From: Deltaproteobacteria bacterium
GTDB lineage: Bacteria > Myxococcota_A > UBA9042
DNA length: 64,000 nucleotides
Assembly (NCBI GenBank): GCA_020632665.1
Contig: JACKFC010000015.1
Coordinates: forward strand, 21,734-85,733
Reading direction: 5' to 3'
The position numbers were made by a program, and so were the translations under genes. The notes beneath the pieces were generated by a model, which had not been told where the DNA came from, searched no databases, and saw only the letters and a program-made list of their open reading frames with translations. Numbering within the stretch: position 1 is the stretch's first letter; each line of letters begins with the position of its first letter. Shown here in pieces: positions 43,599 to 53,705 of this stretch.

Positions 43599-44669
43599 AT
43601 GGACCACGAGATCGAGCAAGCACGCAGGCGCAAAGACGAGCACCTGCGGATCGCCGCAGACGAGCCTTCGGTGCAGCGCCCCGGCGTCGGGACGGGCCTC
43701 TCGTCGCTCGATTTCGAGATGCACTCGCTGCCGGAGCTGGATCTCGACGCGGTCGACACGCGCGTCACCCTGCTCGGCATGGACCTCGCCGCGCCGCTGC
43801 TGGTCGGCGCGATGACCGGCGGAACGGCCGAAGCCGGCGCGGTGAACCGCATCTTGGCGGAGGCCGCCGAGCGCACCGGCGTCGGATTCTGCCTCGGCAG
43901 CCAGCGGCCGATGCTCGACGGCGACCCCGAGGCACGCCGCAGCTTCGAGCTGCGCGACGTCGCGCCGACCACGCTGATCTGCGGCAATATCGGAGCGATT
44001 CAGCTGCGCGACGCGCCGCCGGGGGCGCTCGACATGCTGGCCGAGACGACGCGGGCCAACGCGATGTTCGTCCACCTGAACCCCCTGCAGGAGGCCGTGC
44101 AGCCCGAGGGCGATCGCGATTGGCGCGGCGTCTACGAGGCGATCGCCAAGGCCGTTTCGCACTCGACCACGCCGGTGCTGGTCAAGGAGGTCGGCGCGGG
44201 CCTCTCCAACGCGACCTTGCAGGCCTTGGCGCTGACCGGCATCGCCGGTGTCGAGACGGCGGGCGTCGGCGGCACGAGCTGGTCGCAGATCGAGGCGCTG
44301 CGCCACGGCGGCCGCACGCCGCGGGCGATCGCGGGCTCGGTCCTCGCCGGCTTCGGCACACCGACGGCCCGCAGCGTTCGGCTGGCGCGGGCCGCCTTCC
44401 CGGGCCGCGTCGTGATCGCCTCGGGCGGCCTGCGCGACGGCCTGCAGGCGGCAAAGTGCATCGCGCTCGGCGCCGACGCGGTGGCGATGGCGTGGCCCTT
44501 CTTGATCGCCGCGCGCAGCGGGCGCGATCCGGCGCGCGCGGTCGACGCCGTGGTCACCGAGATCGAGGGTGTGATCGAGACCCTGCGGATCACGATGTTC
44601 CTGATCGGCGCGCCGACGGTCTCGCATCTGGCCCGCGCGCAGCTGCAGCCCGTGCCAGGGCTCGGCTAG
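43599..44669 (+). CDS. fni: Type 2 isopentenyl-diphosphate delta-isomerase (FMN-dependent)
   Basis: RKDEHL..., APLLVGAMTGG, GSQR, LVKEVGAGLS, GGLRDG. An alternative start exists at 43569. Confidence 0.85.
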   Translation: MDHEIEQARRRKDEHLRIAADEPSVQRPGVGTGLSSLDFEMHSLPELDLDAVDTRVTLLGMDLAAPLLVGAMTGGTAEAGAVNRILAEAAERTGVGFCLGSQRPMLDGDPEARRSFELRDVAPTTLICGNIGAIQLRDAPPGALDMLAETTRANAMFVHLNPLQEAVQPEGDRDWRGVYEAIAKAVSHSTTPVLVKEVGAGLSNATLQALALTGIAGVETAGVGGTSWSQIEALRHGGRTPRAIAGSVLAGFGTPTARSVRLARAAFPGRVVIASGGLRDGLQAAKCIALGADAVAMAWPFLIAARSGRDPARAVDAVVTEIEGVIETLRITMFLIGAPTVSHLARAQLQPVPGLG

Positions 44670-44675
44670 GCCGAC

Positions 44676-45593
44676 ATGGCGGACGGCACCGCACACGCCA
44701 AGGCGATCCTGATCGGTGAGCATTTCGTCCTCGACGGCGTGCCGGCGATCGCGCTCTCGCTGCCGGGGATGCAGACGCGGGTGCGTTGGCGCGACGACGG
44801 CGCCACGCTCCACCTCTCGCAGCGCCTACGGGCGGCGCTCGGACCGGCGCAGGAGCAGACGCTCGTGATGCTGCGGTTGGCGGCGGAGCTGGCAGGTGCG
44901 CCGGCGCGGGGCGAAGTCGACGTCCGCAGCACGGTGCCGATCGGCCGCGGCTTCGGCAGCTCGGGGGCGCTCGCGGTCGCGGCACTGCGGGCGTTCGGCG
45001 GCAGCGATTGGCCGGCGCAGAAGCTGCTCGACGCGGCGCGGCAGATCGAGGCGGTGGTGCACGGCCATTCGTCGGGTCTGGACCCGGCGACGGCGATGGC
45101 GGACGGCGCGGCGATCGCCTTCCGCGACGGCACGGTGCAACGACGGATCGCGCCGCACGCGAGCCCCGCCTTGCAGCGCGCGCGCTGGCTGCTGACCGAC
45201 GTGGGCGAGGCCCCCTCGACCGGCGCGGCGATCGCCAGGGCCCGCGCGGCGCGTGAAAGGCTCGGCCCTCGAGCCACGGGCGCGCTGCGCGATCGCGTCG
45301 CGGCAGCGGCGGCGGAGGCCGAGCGTGGCCTGCGCGAGGGCGCGCCGGAGGCCATCGCCGCCGCGATGCGCGACAACGACGCCGCCCTGCGCGACCTCGA
45401 CGTCGTCGACGACCGCATGGCGCGCCGCATCGCGACGCTGCAATCCCTCGGTGCGCTGGCGGCGAAGCAGAGTGGCGCCGGCCTCGGCGGGCTCATCCTC
45501 GGCCTTGCGCCAAACCCCGCTGTGGCCACACTCTTGCGCGACCGGCTCGCCGACGACGGCGCCACCAGCTGGATTCTGGAGATCTGCCCATGA
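44676..45593 (+). CDS. mvk: Mevalonate kinase (GHMP family)
   Basis: AKAILIGEHFVLDG and the GHMP motif PIGRGFGSSGALAVA. Confidence 0.8.
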   Translation: MADGTAHAKAILIGEHFVLDGVPAIALSLPGMQTRVRWRDDGATLHLSQRLRAALGPAQEQTLVMLRLAAELAGAPARGEVDVRSTVPIGRGFGSSGALAVAALRAFGGSDWPAQKLLDAARQIEAVVHGHSSGLDPATAMADGAAIAFRDGTVQRRIAPHASPALQRARWLLTDVGEAPSTGAAIARARAARERLGPRATGALRDRVAAAAAEAERGLREGAPEAIAAAMRDNDAALRDLDVVDDRMARRIATLQSLGALAAKQSGAGLGGLILGLAPNPAVATLLRDRLADDGATSWILEICP

Positions 45594-46582
45594 GCTTCGA
45601 GCGCGCAGCCGCCTTCGCCCCGATCAACATCGCCCTCTCGAAATATTGGGGCAAACGCGACCATGAGCGGAACCTGCCGCTGGCGCCGTCGGTCTCGGTG
45701 ACCCTGGCCGAGCTGGGGACGCTCTCGGTCGTCGCGCCCTCCGAGGAGCTCGAGGGCAATATGATGGTCATCAACGACAAGGCCGCCGACGCCAAGGCGT
45801 TGGTCCGGGTCGGCCGCGTGATGCGGACGGTGCGCGAGATGGCCGGGACCGAGGTGCGGGCCGGCATCCGCTCGGTCAATACCGTCCCGACCGCGCAGGG
45901 CCTGGCGAGCTCGGCGTCGGCGTTCGCGGCGCTCGCAAAGGCCGCGACCACGGCCTACGGCCTCGAGCTCGACGACCAGGAGCTCTCGAAGATCGCCCGC
46001 CTGGGCAGCGGCTCGGCGACCCGCTCGGTGCACGGCGGCTTCGTGCTCTGGCGCCGCGGGGAAGAGGACGACGGCAGCGACAGCCTGGCCGAGCAGCTCG
46101 CCTCGGCCGAGGATTGGCCGCTCCGCGCGGTGATCGCCCACATCGGCGTCGGCCCGAAGAAGGTCCCCTCCGGTGACGGGATGCGCCTCTCGGCCGATAC
46201 CTCGCCCTTCTTCTCGGCCTGGATCGACACCTGCTTCACCGACGTCGCCGAGTGCCTCGCCGCCATCGCCGCGCGCGACTTCGAGCGGCTCGCCGACGTG
46301 ACCGAGTCGAACTGCCTGGCGATGCACGCGACGATGTTGGCGACCCGCCCGGGGCTGATCTATTGGCAACCGGCGACGGTCGCGGTGATGCACGCCGTGC
46401 GGGCGTTGCGCGCCGCCGGCCACGCCGCCTTCTTCACCATTGACGCCGGCCCGTCGGTCGTCGTGCTGTGCGAGGCGGGCGAGGTCGAGACCGTCTCGCG
46501 GACGCTCGGCGGCATCGAGGGCGTGGTCAAGCTGACCCGCACCCGCATCGGTGGTGGTGCCCATATCGTCCCGAACGGCTAG
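45590..46582 (+). CDS. mvaD: Diphosphomevalonate decarboxylase
   Basis: APINIALSKYWGKRD, LASSASAFAAL, GSGSATRS. ATGA overlap with mvk. Confidence 0.9.
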   Translation: MSFERAAAFAPINIALSKYWGKRDHERNLPLAPSVSVTLAELGTLSVVAPSEELEGNMMVINDKAADAKALVRVGRVMRTVREMAGTEVRAGIRSVNTVPTAQGLASSASAFAALAKAATTAYGLELDDQELSKIARLGSGSATRSVHGGFVLWRRGEEDDGSDSLAEQLASAEDWPLRAVIAHIGVGPKKVPSGDGMRLSADTSPFFSAWIDTCFTDVAECLAAIAARDFERLADVTESNCLAMHATMLATRPGLIYWQPATVAVMHAVRALRAAGHAAFFTIDAGPSVVVLCEAGEVETVSRTLGGIEGVVKLTRTRIGGGAHIVPNG

Positions 46583-46591
46583 GGCGGCGAG

Positions 46592-47548
46592 ATGCGGTCG
46601 AGCAGCGTCCCCGGCAAGTTGATGCTGGCCGGCGAGTACGCGGTGCTCGCCCCCGGTGGTTGCGCGATCGCGGCGGCGACGGTGCCGCTGGTCGATTGGT
46701 GGCTGCCGACCGACGCGACGCCGGGCGTGCAGCTGCAGGCCTTCGGTCGCACCTTCGCTTGGCACGATCACGACGCGGCTCCCGAGGGCATCGCGCGATT
46801 CGTCGCGGCCACGGCGCAGGCGATGCAGCGCGAGGGCGTCCCCGGCGACGCGGCGATCGCGTTGCGCGTGCGGGCAGACCACGGCGGCCGCAAACTCGGC
46901 CTCGGCAGCAGCGCGGCGGTCTGCGTCGCGACCGGCCGGGCCCTCGCCAGCGCCGCCGGCCGCCCCTTCGATTTGGCGTTGTTGCGCGCCTGCGAGCGGG
47001 CCCATTTCGCAGCGCAGGGAGGTCGCGGCAGCGGCTACGACATCTTCACCGTCGGTGCAGGCGGCGTGGTCCGCTACGACCGAGAGAACAAGGCGGTGCA
47101 GCCGCTGCGTTGGCCGGACGGGCTGTGCGCGGTCGCCTTCTTCGCCGGCGAGAGCGCAGATACCCGCGAGGCGATCGGCGGACGCATCCGCCCAGCTCCC
47201 GACGACATCCAACGCATCAGCGCGGCGGAAGCGGCCTTGGCCTCGGCCTTGGCGCAGGGAGACCGCGACGCGACGATGGCGGCGATCGCCGGCGCCGAGC
47301 GGGCCTTCGTCGCCATGGCGGAACGCTTCCCCTGGCTGCTGCCCACGGGCCTGCGCCAGATCGCGGCTTGCGTCGCCGACGCAGGCGGGGTCTACCGCAC
47401 CTCTGGCGCGGGGGGCGGCGACTGCGGCCTCGGCTTCTTCGCCGACGCGGCGCAGGCGGAAGCGGCCGAGCAGGCGTGGCGGGCGGCGGGTGGATGGGTG
47501 GTATGTCGTTGGCCAGAGGCGCTCTGGCCGTCCGAGGAGGCCCTTTGA
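46592..47548 (+). CDS. Phosphomevalonate kinase (GHMP family)
   Basis: PGKLMLAGEYAVL, KLGLGSSAAV. Its operon position sits between mvaD and the prenyl synthase. Confidence 0.75.
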   Translation: MRSSSVPGKLMLAGEYAVLAPGGCAIAAATVPLVDWWLPTDATPGVQLQAFGRTFAWHDHDAAPEGIARFVAATAQAMQREGVPGDAAIALRVRADHGGRKLGLGSSAAVCVATGRALASAAGRPFDLALLRACERAHFAAQGGRGSGYDIFTVGAGGVVRYDRENKAVQPLRWPDGLCAVAFFAGESADTREAIGGRIRPAPDDIQRISAAEAALASALAQGDRDATMAAIAGAERAFVAMAERFPWLLPTGLRQIAACVADAGGVYRTSGAGGGDCGLGFFADAAQAEAAEQAWRAAGGWVVCRWPEALWPSEEAL

Positions 47549-48564
47549 TGATCGACCTACGTGCCGCGCTACAAGCCGAACGCCCCGGATTGGACGACGC
47601 CATCGCGCGCGTCGTGGCGTATCGGCCGGGGCAGCCGCTGGCGCCGGCGTCGGCGGACGCGCGGCTGCGGGCGATGATCGACGAGCACCTCGAGACCGGC
47701 GGCAAGCGGCTGCGGGGCCTGCTCCCTGCCGCGTTGGTGCGGGCGGAAGGTGGGCCGGTCGAGGCGGCGGCCACGCTCGGCGCATGCCTGGAGTTGCTGC
47801 ACAACGGCACCTTGGTCCACGACGATATCCAAGACGGCGACCAGATGCGCCGTGGGCGGCCGACGCTCTGGAAGGTCCATGGCGTGCCGCAAGCGATCAA
47901 CGTCGGCGACGCGCTCTACGCCGCGCCGCTCGCGGTGATCGCGGCCGATCCGAGCGTTCCGACCCGGCACCGCGGCGCGCTCGCGGCGTTGCTGGCCGGC
48001 GCGCTGCTCGAGACGATCCGCGGCCAGGTCGCCGACCTCGATCTGCACGGCGACGAGGAGCCACCACGCGCCCAGCTCGAGGCGGTCGCGGTCGCCAAGA
48101 CGGCGCCCTTCTTCGCTGCGGCGATCCACGGCGCCGCGCTGCTCCTCGATCACGACGGCGGCGACGCAGCACACGTCGCGGGGCGGGCCCTGGGGCTCGG
48201 ATTCCAGCTCCGCGACGACCTGCTCGACTTGGTCGGCAGCAAGGGTCGCGGCGCCGCCGGTGCCGATCTGCGCGAAGGCAAGCTCACGCTGCCCGGCCGC
48301 CTCGCCCTCGAGGGCGCCAGCGAGGCCGAGGAATTCGCCCTGCGCGCGCTGCTGTCGCGGGCGGCGGCGGGCGATGTGCCGAGCGACGAGGAGGTCGCGC
48401 ATTGGGTGGCGTGGATCCACGCCCGTGGCGGCGTCGAGGGCGGTCGCATCGCGCTCGACGAGCTGCTGGCCGAGGCCGAAGACGCCGGTCGCCGCGCCCT
48501 GCCCGCAGCGGCCGCCGAGGTCTTCGCCGCTTTCGTCAGCCGGCTCGGCGCGTTGGACGGCTGA
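47548..48564 (+). CDS. Polyprenyl diphosphate synthase (trans-IPPS)
   Basis: First Asp-rich motif LVHDDIQDGD and second FQLRDDLLD. The ATG overlaps the upstream stop (TGATG). Confidence 0.85.
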   Translation: MIDLRAALQAERPGLDDAIARVVAYRPGQPLAPASADARLRAMIDEHLETGGKRLRGLLPAALVRAEGGPVEAAATLGACLELLHNGTLVHDDIQDGDQMRRGRPTLWKVHGVPQAINVGDALYAAPLAVIAADPSVPTRHRGALAALLAGALLETIRGQVADLDLHGDEEPPRAQLEAVAVAKTAPFFAAAIHGAALLLDHDGGDAAHVAGRALGLGFQLRDDLLDLVGSKGRGAAGADLREGKLTLPGRLALEGASEAEEFALRALLSRAAAGDVPSDEEVAHWVAWIHARGGVEGGRIALDELLAEAEDAGRRALPAAAAEVFAAFVSRLGALDG

Positions 48565-48566
48565 CC

Positions 48567-49436
48567 ATGCACGATGCCCCGAGCGTCACGCTCCGCTTCC
48601 CCGAGCTCGACTTTCACCTGGTAGGCTGGAGCGTCGCCGGCATCGAGACCTGGCTGCGGGTGCCGGAATGGTCGTTGACCATCGACTGCGGCCGGCCTGC
48701 GATGCAGGCGATCGCGAGCCGCCATCTGGCCCTGACCCACGCCCATCTCGACCACGCTGGCGGCGTCGCCGGCTGGCTCGGCCTGCGCTCGATGCTGAAG
48801 ATGGGCCACGCCGACGTCTACGCGCCGGCTGCCGTCTGCGACGCGCTGCGCGCGGTCTGCGCCGCCTGGGCTGAGCTGCAGCGGGTGCGCTTCGCGTGGA
48901 CGCTGCACCCGGTGCAGGCCGGCGACCGCTTCGAGATCGGCGGCGGCCGCGTGCTCGAGGCGCTGCCTGCGCACCACAATGACGTGCCGGCCGTGGGCTG
49001 GGCGGTCTACGCTCGGCGGCAGCGGCTGCGTCCCGAGTTGGTCGGCCTCGCCGGGGCAGAGATCGCGCGACGCAAGCGCGCCGGCGCGGTCATCTCGGAC
49101 GCGTTCCTGCACCCGCTCCTCGCCATCAGCGGCGATACCCGGAGCACCATCGCCGCCGAGGTGTCAGCGCTGCGCGAGGCCGAGGTCGTGCTGCACGAGA
49201 CGACGCTCTTGGACGACGCCCACCCGGCGGCCAAGGCGCATCAGGGCGGCCATACCCACCTGCGCGATCTCGACGAGAGCCCAGTGGCCGAGTCTGCGCG
49301 CTTTTTCGTGCCCTACCACGTGAGTCAGCGCTACGACACGGCCACCGCACGCGAGCTGCTGCACGCGGCGCTGGGTGGTCGATTCGGCGCGCGCTGCGTG
49401 CCGCTGCTACCGGAAGTGGATCGCGGGGAACGCTAG
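48567..49436 (+). CDS. MBL-fold metallo-hydrolase
   Basis: THAHLDHAGG motif, then later H and D ligands. Starts 3 nt after the synthase stop. Confidence 0.75.
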   Translation: MHDAPSVTLRFPELDFHLVGWSVAGIETWLRVPEWSLTIDCGRPAMQAIASRHLALTHAHLDHAGGVAGWLGLRSMLKMGHADVYAPAAVCDALRAVCAAWAELQRVRFAWTLHPVQAGDRFEIGGGRVLEALPAHHNDVPAVGWAVYARRQRLRPELVGLAGAEIARRKRAGAVISDAFLHPLLAISGDTRSTIAAEVSALREAEVVLHETTLLDDAHPAAKAHQGGHTHLRDLDESPVAESARFFVPYHVSQRYDTATARELLHAALGGRFGARCVPLLPEVDRGER

Positions 49437-51067
49437 CCGCGCCAACGGACGACGCGGCGCGGGGCGACCATGTCGATGATGCCCTTGAGCTTGATCGGGT
49501 CGAGGACCTCGACGTCGACCTTGTCCTGGACGTGCTCCCAGGTCGCCGGCGCGAGCAGCACTTCACCAGGTCCGGCCATGCCGCAGAGGCGGGCCGAGAG
49601 GTTCACGCCTCGACCGAGGACGGTGTAGCTCAGCGTCTGCGTGCTGCCCATATAGCCGGCGATGAGCTGGCCGGTGGCGATGCCGATGCCGACGCCGATC
49701 GGGACTTCGCCGCGAGCCTCACGCTCTTCGTTGAAGTCGTTGACGATCTGCTGCATCTCGATCGCGCAGTGGACCGCGCGGGCCTCGTCCTCGTCGCTCG
49801 CCACGGGAGCGCCCCAGAGGGCCATGACCGCGTCGCCGATGTATTTGTCGAGCGTACCTTGGTGCTTGAAGACCGCGTTGGTCACGCGCTCGAAGTAATC
49901 GTTCATCATGGCGACCATCTCGGCCGGCGGGGTCCGCTCGGTGAGGTTGGTGAAGCCACGGACGTCGGAGAAGAGGACGGAGACGCGCCGGAGCGAGCCG
50001 CCCTTCTCCATCGGCAGCTCGCCCGAGACGATCTGGTCGACCAGGTTCGGACTCAACATGCGCGAGAGCGACTCGCGCGCCGCGGTCTCCTCGCGGATCT
50101 TTCGCTGCATGAGCACGTTGTCGATGCCGATGCTGGCCTGACGCGCAACCGCGCCGAGGGCCGAGAGATCCTTCTCGGTGAACAGACCGGTCGAGATCAG
50201 CGAGTCGACGTGCAACACTCCGAGGACGCGCTCGTTGGCGATCAACGGCACCGTCATCGACGAGCGGATGCCCTGCAGCACGACGGACTGGCCGGAGAAA
50301 CGCGCGTCCATGCGGGCGTCGGTCGAGAGCACGGCCTCGCGCCGGCCGACGGCCTGACGCAGGATCGAGGACGGCACACGGACTTCTTCGGTCGTGCCTT
50401 CCCAGCCGACACCCGGGCGGACGCGGACGGCGAAATTCTTCAACCGATCGACGACTTCGTAATCGCCCTTCATGGACGAGTCGATCATCATCACCACGCC
50501 ACGGTCGACCGGCAGCCACTCGAAGATGCGGCCGAGGATCTTGTCGACCATCGACTCGATATCTTTGAGCGCGTGCAGGTCGCCGGAGAGCGTGTAGGCG
50601 AGGCGGAGCTTCTCGTAGTCGAGCTTCAGCGTCGTGACGTCGGCGACCAGCTCGGCAGGCGCGAAATCACGGAGCAGATCGAGCTGAACGGTCGCGTGGA
50701 TCGAAGCCGGCGGCTCCTCTTCGACCGGCGGTGCGGCGGCAGGGGCCTGCGCGACGGGCTCTTCCGGCGCGACGTAGCGCCACGACGTGGAGCCGATGCG
50801 CACGGTGTCGCCGTCGCCCAGGGTCATCGAGCCTTCGACCAGGACGTCGTTGCAGTACGTGCCGTTGCGGCTGTCGAGGTCGCGTAGGACGTAGGCATTC
50901 GAGCCCGGCTTGCGGGAGAAGACCGCGTGCTCCTTGCTGACCAGTCGATCGACGATCTGCAAGGTATTGGTCGGCTGGCGACCGACCGTGGTCAGGTCGC
51001 CGAGTTCGATCTCCTGCTGTCCGGGTCCGCCTCCGAGTCGAACCAGTCGAGCGCTCCGATTCGCCAT
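49433..51067 (-). CDS. FHA-GAF-adenylate/guanylate cyclase
   Basis: ATG at 51067. FHA (TVGRQPTNTLQI...VSKEHAV...DLDSRNGTY), a GAF-like middle, and a class III cyclase domain (VSVLFSDVRGFTNL...GDAVMALWGAP...IGVGIGIATG). Confidence 0.9.
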   Translation of the reverse strand: MANRSARLVRLGGGPGQQEIELGDLTTVGRQPTNTLQIVDRLVSKEHAVFSRKPGSNAYVLRDLDSRNGTYCNDVLVEGSMTLGDGDTVRIGSTSWRYVAPEEPVAQAPAAAPPVEEEPPASIHATVQLDLLRDFAPAELVADVTTLKLDYEKLRLAYTLSGDLHALKDIESMVDKILGRIFEWLPVDRGVVMMIDSSMKGDYEVVDRLKNFAVRVRPGVGWEGTTEEVRVPSSILRQAVGRREAVLSTDARMDARFSGQSVVLQGIRSSMTVPLIANERVLGVLHVDSLISTGLFTEKDLSALGAVARQASIGIDNVLMQRKIREETAARESLSRMLSPNLVDQIVSGELPMEKGGSLRRVSVLFSDVRGFTNLTERTPPAEMVAMMNDYFERVTNAVFKHQGTLDKYIGDAVMALWGAPVASDEDEARAVHCAIEMQQIVNDFNEEREARGEVPIGVGIGIATGQLIAGYMGSTQTLSYTVLGRGVNLSARLCGMAGPGEVLLAPATWEHVQDKVDVEVLDPIKLKGIIDMVAPRRVVRWRG

Positions 51068-51389
51068 GCCGCGGTGCCTCTTCGTCGTCTTGCCCGTAGG
51101 GGCGTTCCAAGGTCGACCCCCGGGCCTGGGAGTCGTGCTCAGCCTCCTTGGCAAGGGGCTTCGCGGAGTGACGCTCCCGTGTGACGAAGCAGCAGGAGAG
51201 CGAGTCGGTGGGAATCTAACATCCGACGTCACGCTTGTCATGCACCGCACGCGATCCTCGCCGACCTCGCGGGTACCCAGTTGCACGCACCGCCGGCGGC
51301 TGCGACGCTCGAGGGCGGAAAACGGCGCACTGCGGCGGGATCGGGAGTTCGCGTTGACGTCTTCGAAGCGCGCAGATCAAGCGAATACG

Positions 51390-53705
51390 ATGATCGCGCG
51401 GGGCGCTCGACTGCTCTCCTGGTGGCCGATTTGGCTGCCCTGGTCGGTCGCGCTGGCCACCCTCGCCGTGGCGCCGGGCGTCGCGATCCTGGACGCGCAC
51501 GCCGCCTTGTTGCTCGCGCCGATCATCGGGATTTGCTCCGGAGCATGGACGCGGCGCGCGTTGCGCGACCCGGCGCTCCCGGGCCAGCGCGTCGCTGCCG
51601 GCCTGGTGCTGATCATCCTCGCGCCGGCGTTGCAGCTCGCGCTGCACGGGCTCTGGTTGCCGTGGTGCGATCCGCTCGGCGGTGCCCTGCTCTGGATCGG
51701 CGGCCCGGTCTTTGCGGCATTGGTCGGCGGCTGTATGGCGCTGCTGGCTGCCGGGCTGTGGCCGACGCGACCGTTGCTGACCTGGACGCTGATCGCCAGC
51801 GCGAGCGCGCTGCCCCCGATCGCTCGCTTCCTGCTCGAGCCGACCGTCGCCTCCTGGCACGAGCTCTTCGGCATGATCCCGGGCTCGCTCTACGAGGACG
51901 CGCTCGCCGCAGATGACCGGCTGTGGCTGTTTCGGGCGAGCACGACGCCGTTCTGGCTGGGGCTCGGCGCATGGGGATGGTCGCGACGGCGCGGCGGCGG
52001 AGCCAGCGCGCAACGGATCGCGCTCGCCGTCGCTTTCGCCGCATGGGGCGTGGGCTGGCAGCTGGGCGCGACCCAGGGTTGGCGGGTCGACCGGGACGCG
52101 GTTCTGCGCGAGCTGCGGGTGACGCGCGCGGTCGCCGTCGGCGCCGGCGATCCGACCACCGCCGCGGTGATTCACCTCGCCGCGACGCCCGGCTGGCAGA
52201 CCCGCGCGGCGCTGCTGGAGGAGGATATTCGCGTCGCCTGGCGTGGGCTCCGCGCCTTCTTCGGCGCCGCGCCGCAGCAGCCGGTCGAGATCTTCGTCTA
52301 CGCCGACGACCGGCAGAAGACGCGGCTCATGGGCGCCGACGCGGTCGAGATGGCGAAACCCTGGCTGCACCAGGCGCATCTGGTCCAACCAGGCTTCGGC
52401 GAGTCGATCCTGGTCCACGAGATGGCGCACGTCTTCGGCGCGGCGCTGGCCGACCATCCGCTGGGCGTGCCGATGCGGGCCGGATTGCTGCCGGACGCGG
52501 TGCGAATCGAGGGCCTGGCGGTGGCTGCCGAATGGCCGAGTCGTGGCGGGCTCGATCCGGACGCCGAGGCCGCCGCGATGCGCAAGCTCGGGCTGGCGCC
52601 GCCGATCGCCGCGCTGATGTCGCCGACCGGATTCGCCAGCGAGAGTTCGGCCCGCGCCTACGTGCTCGCCGGCTCGCTGCTGCGCTGGGTCTGGCGGCGC
52701 TGCGGACGGCAGGCCCTCGCCGAGGTCTATCGCGGTGCCGAGCTCGACGTCGCCTGCCGCCTCGAGCCCGGTGAGGCCGTGCGCCGCTGGGAGGCCGCGC
52801 TCGACCGGCCGCTGACCCCAGCTCTGACCGCGACCCAGCTCGCCTACGCCGAGGCGCGCTTCGAATCGCCCGGCATCTTGCGGCGCCCCTGCGCGCTGGC
52901 GATCGGCCGCTGCCGCCAAGCCAGCAACGCCGACTTCCGCGCTGGCCGTCACACCGCCGCACGAGGGCGGTGGCACGCGCTGCACGCCGCGCTCTCGCCG
53001 CACCTCGACTCAGCGCAACTGCCGCTCTGGCTGGACCTGGTGCGTGCGGCCGCCGAAGTTCGCGCCGGCGACCTCGACGCGGCGCGCCGGATCATCGACG
53101 CGCGCCTGGCGATCGAGCCGCCGCCACGGGCGTTGGACCGGGCGGCGCTGCTGACGGCGCGCGGTGATCTGGCGCTGCGCCGTGGCGACGCCGAGGGAGC
53201 CCGCAGCGATTGGCGTGCCGCGGCGCAGCTCCCGCGCAGCGAGCCGGGCGAGCGGACGCTCTTGGTGAAGGACCTGCTGAGTCGCTTCCCCAGCGGTGCC
53301 GCCGCCGCCCTCGATCTCCTGGCGCTCGGCGGCGACGGTGACGACGTTCGCGCCCGCTGGCACGCCCTGGCGCAGGAGCGTCCGGAGCAGGTGGTGACGC
53401 GCTACCTCGACGGCCGGATGCAGATCCTCGGCGGAGGTATCGACGAGGCAGACGAGGACCGCGACCGCGCCCGGGATGGCTTGCGGTCCGTGGCAGGTGA
53501 ACGCGAGGCGCCTCGGCTGCTGCGGCGCGAAGCCCGACGACTGCTCGCGCTCGACGCGGCACGCCGCGGCGCGTGTGCGGAGATCGACGTTCACGCCGCA
53601 GCTGCGGGCGACGATCGGGTGGTGCAGGCGTGGCGCGAGCGGTTCAAGGCGCGCTGCGCGGAGATGCGACGCTCAGGCGAAGTTGGCCAAGCGATCCAGC
53701 AATGA
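51390..53705 (+). CDS. Polytopic membrane protein with an HExxH motif and a C-terminal TPR-like helical domain (771 aa)
   Basis: ATG at 51390. About 8 N-terminal TM helices. ILVHEMAHVFG. Helical repeats toward the C-terminus. Confidence 0.65.
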   Translation: MIARGARLLSWWPIWLPWSVALATLAVAPGVAILDAHAALLLAPIIGICSGAWTRRALRDPALPGQRVAAGLVLIILAPALQLALHGLWLPWCDPLGGALLWIGGPVFAALVGGCMALLAAGLWPTRPLLTWTLIASASALPPIARFLLEPTVASWHELFGMIPGSLYEDALAADDRLWLFRASTTPFWLGLGAWGWSRRRGGGASAQRIALAVAFAAWGVGWQLGATQGWRVDRDAVLRELRVTRAVAVGAGDPTTAAVIHLAATPGWQTRAALLEEDIRVAWRGLRAFFGAAPQQPVEIFVYADDRQKTRLMGADAVEMAKPWLHQAHLVQPGFGESILVHEMAHVFGAALADHPLGVPMRAGLLPDAVRIEGLAVAAEWPSRGGLDPDAEAAAMRKLGLAPPIAALMSPTGFASESSARAYVLAGSLLRWVWRRCGRQALAEVYRGAELDVACRLEPGEAVRRWEAALDRPLTPALTATQLAYAEARFESPGILRRPCALAIGRCRQASNADFRAGRHTAARGRWHALHAALSPHLDSAQLPLWLDLVRAAAEVRAGDLDAARRIIDARLAIEPPPRALDRAALLTARGDLALRRGDAEGARSDWRAAAQLPRSEPGERTLLVKDLLSRFPSGAAAALDLLALGGDGDDVRARWHALAQERPEQVVTRYLDGRMQILGGGIDEADEDRDRARDGLRSVAGEREAPRLLRREARRLLALDAARRGACAEIDVHAAAAGDDRVVQAWRERFKARCAEMRRSGEVGQAIQQ

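Noticed and set aside
44666-47785. 1039-aa minus-strand ORF, plus 46656-49436 (926 aa, +) and 46468-48564 (698 aa, +)
   Set aside because: These are antisense or off-frame relative to the mevalonate operon, whose products carry clear GHMP, decarboxylase and DDxxD motifs. Only the C-terminal parts of the two plus ORFs (from 48567 and 47548) are real genes.
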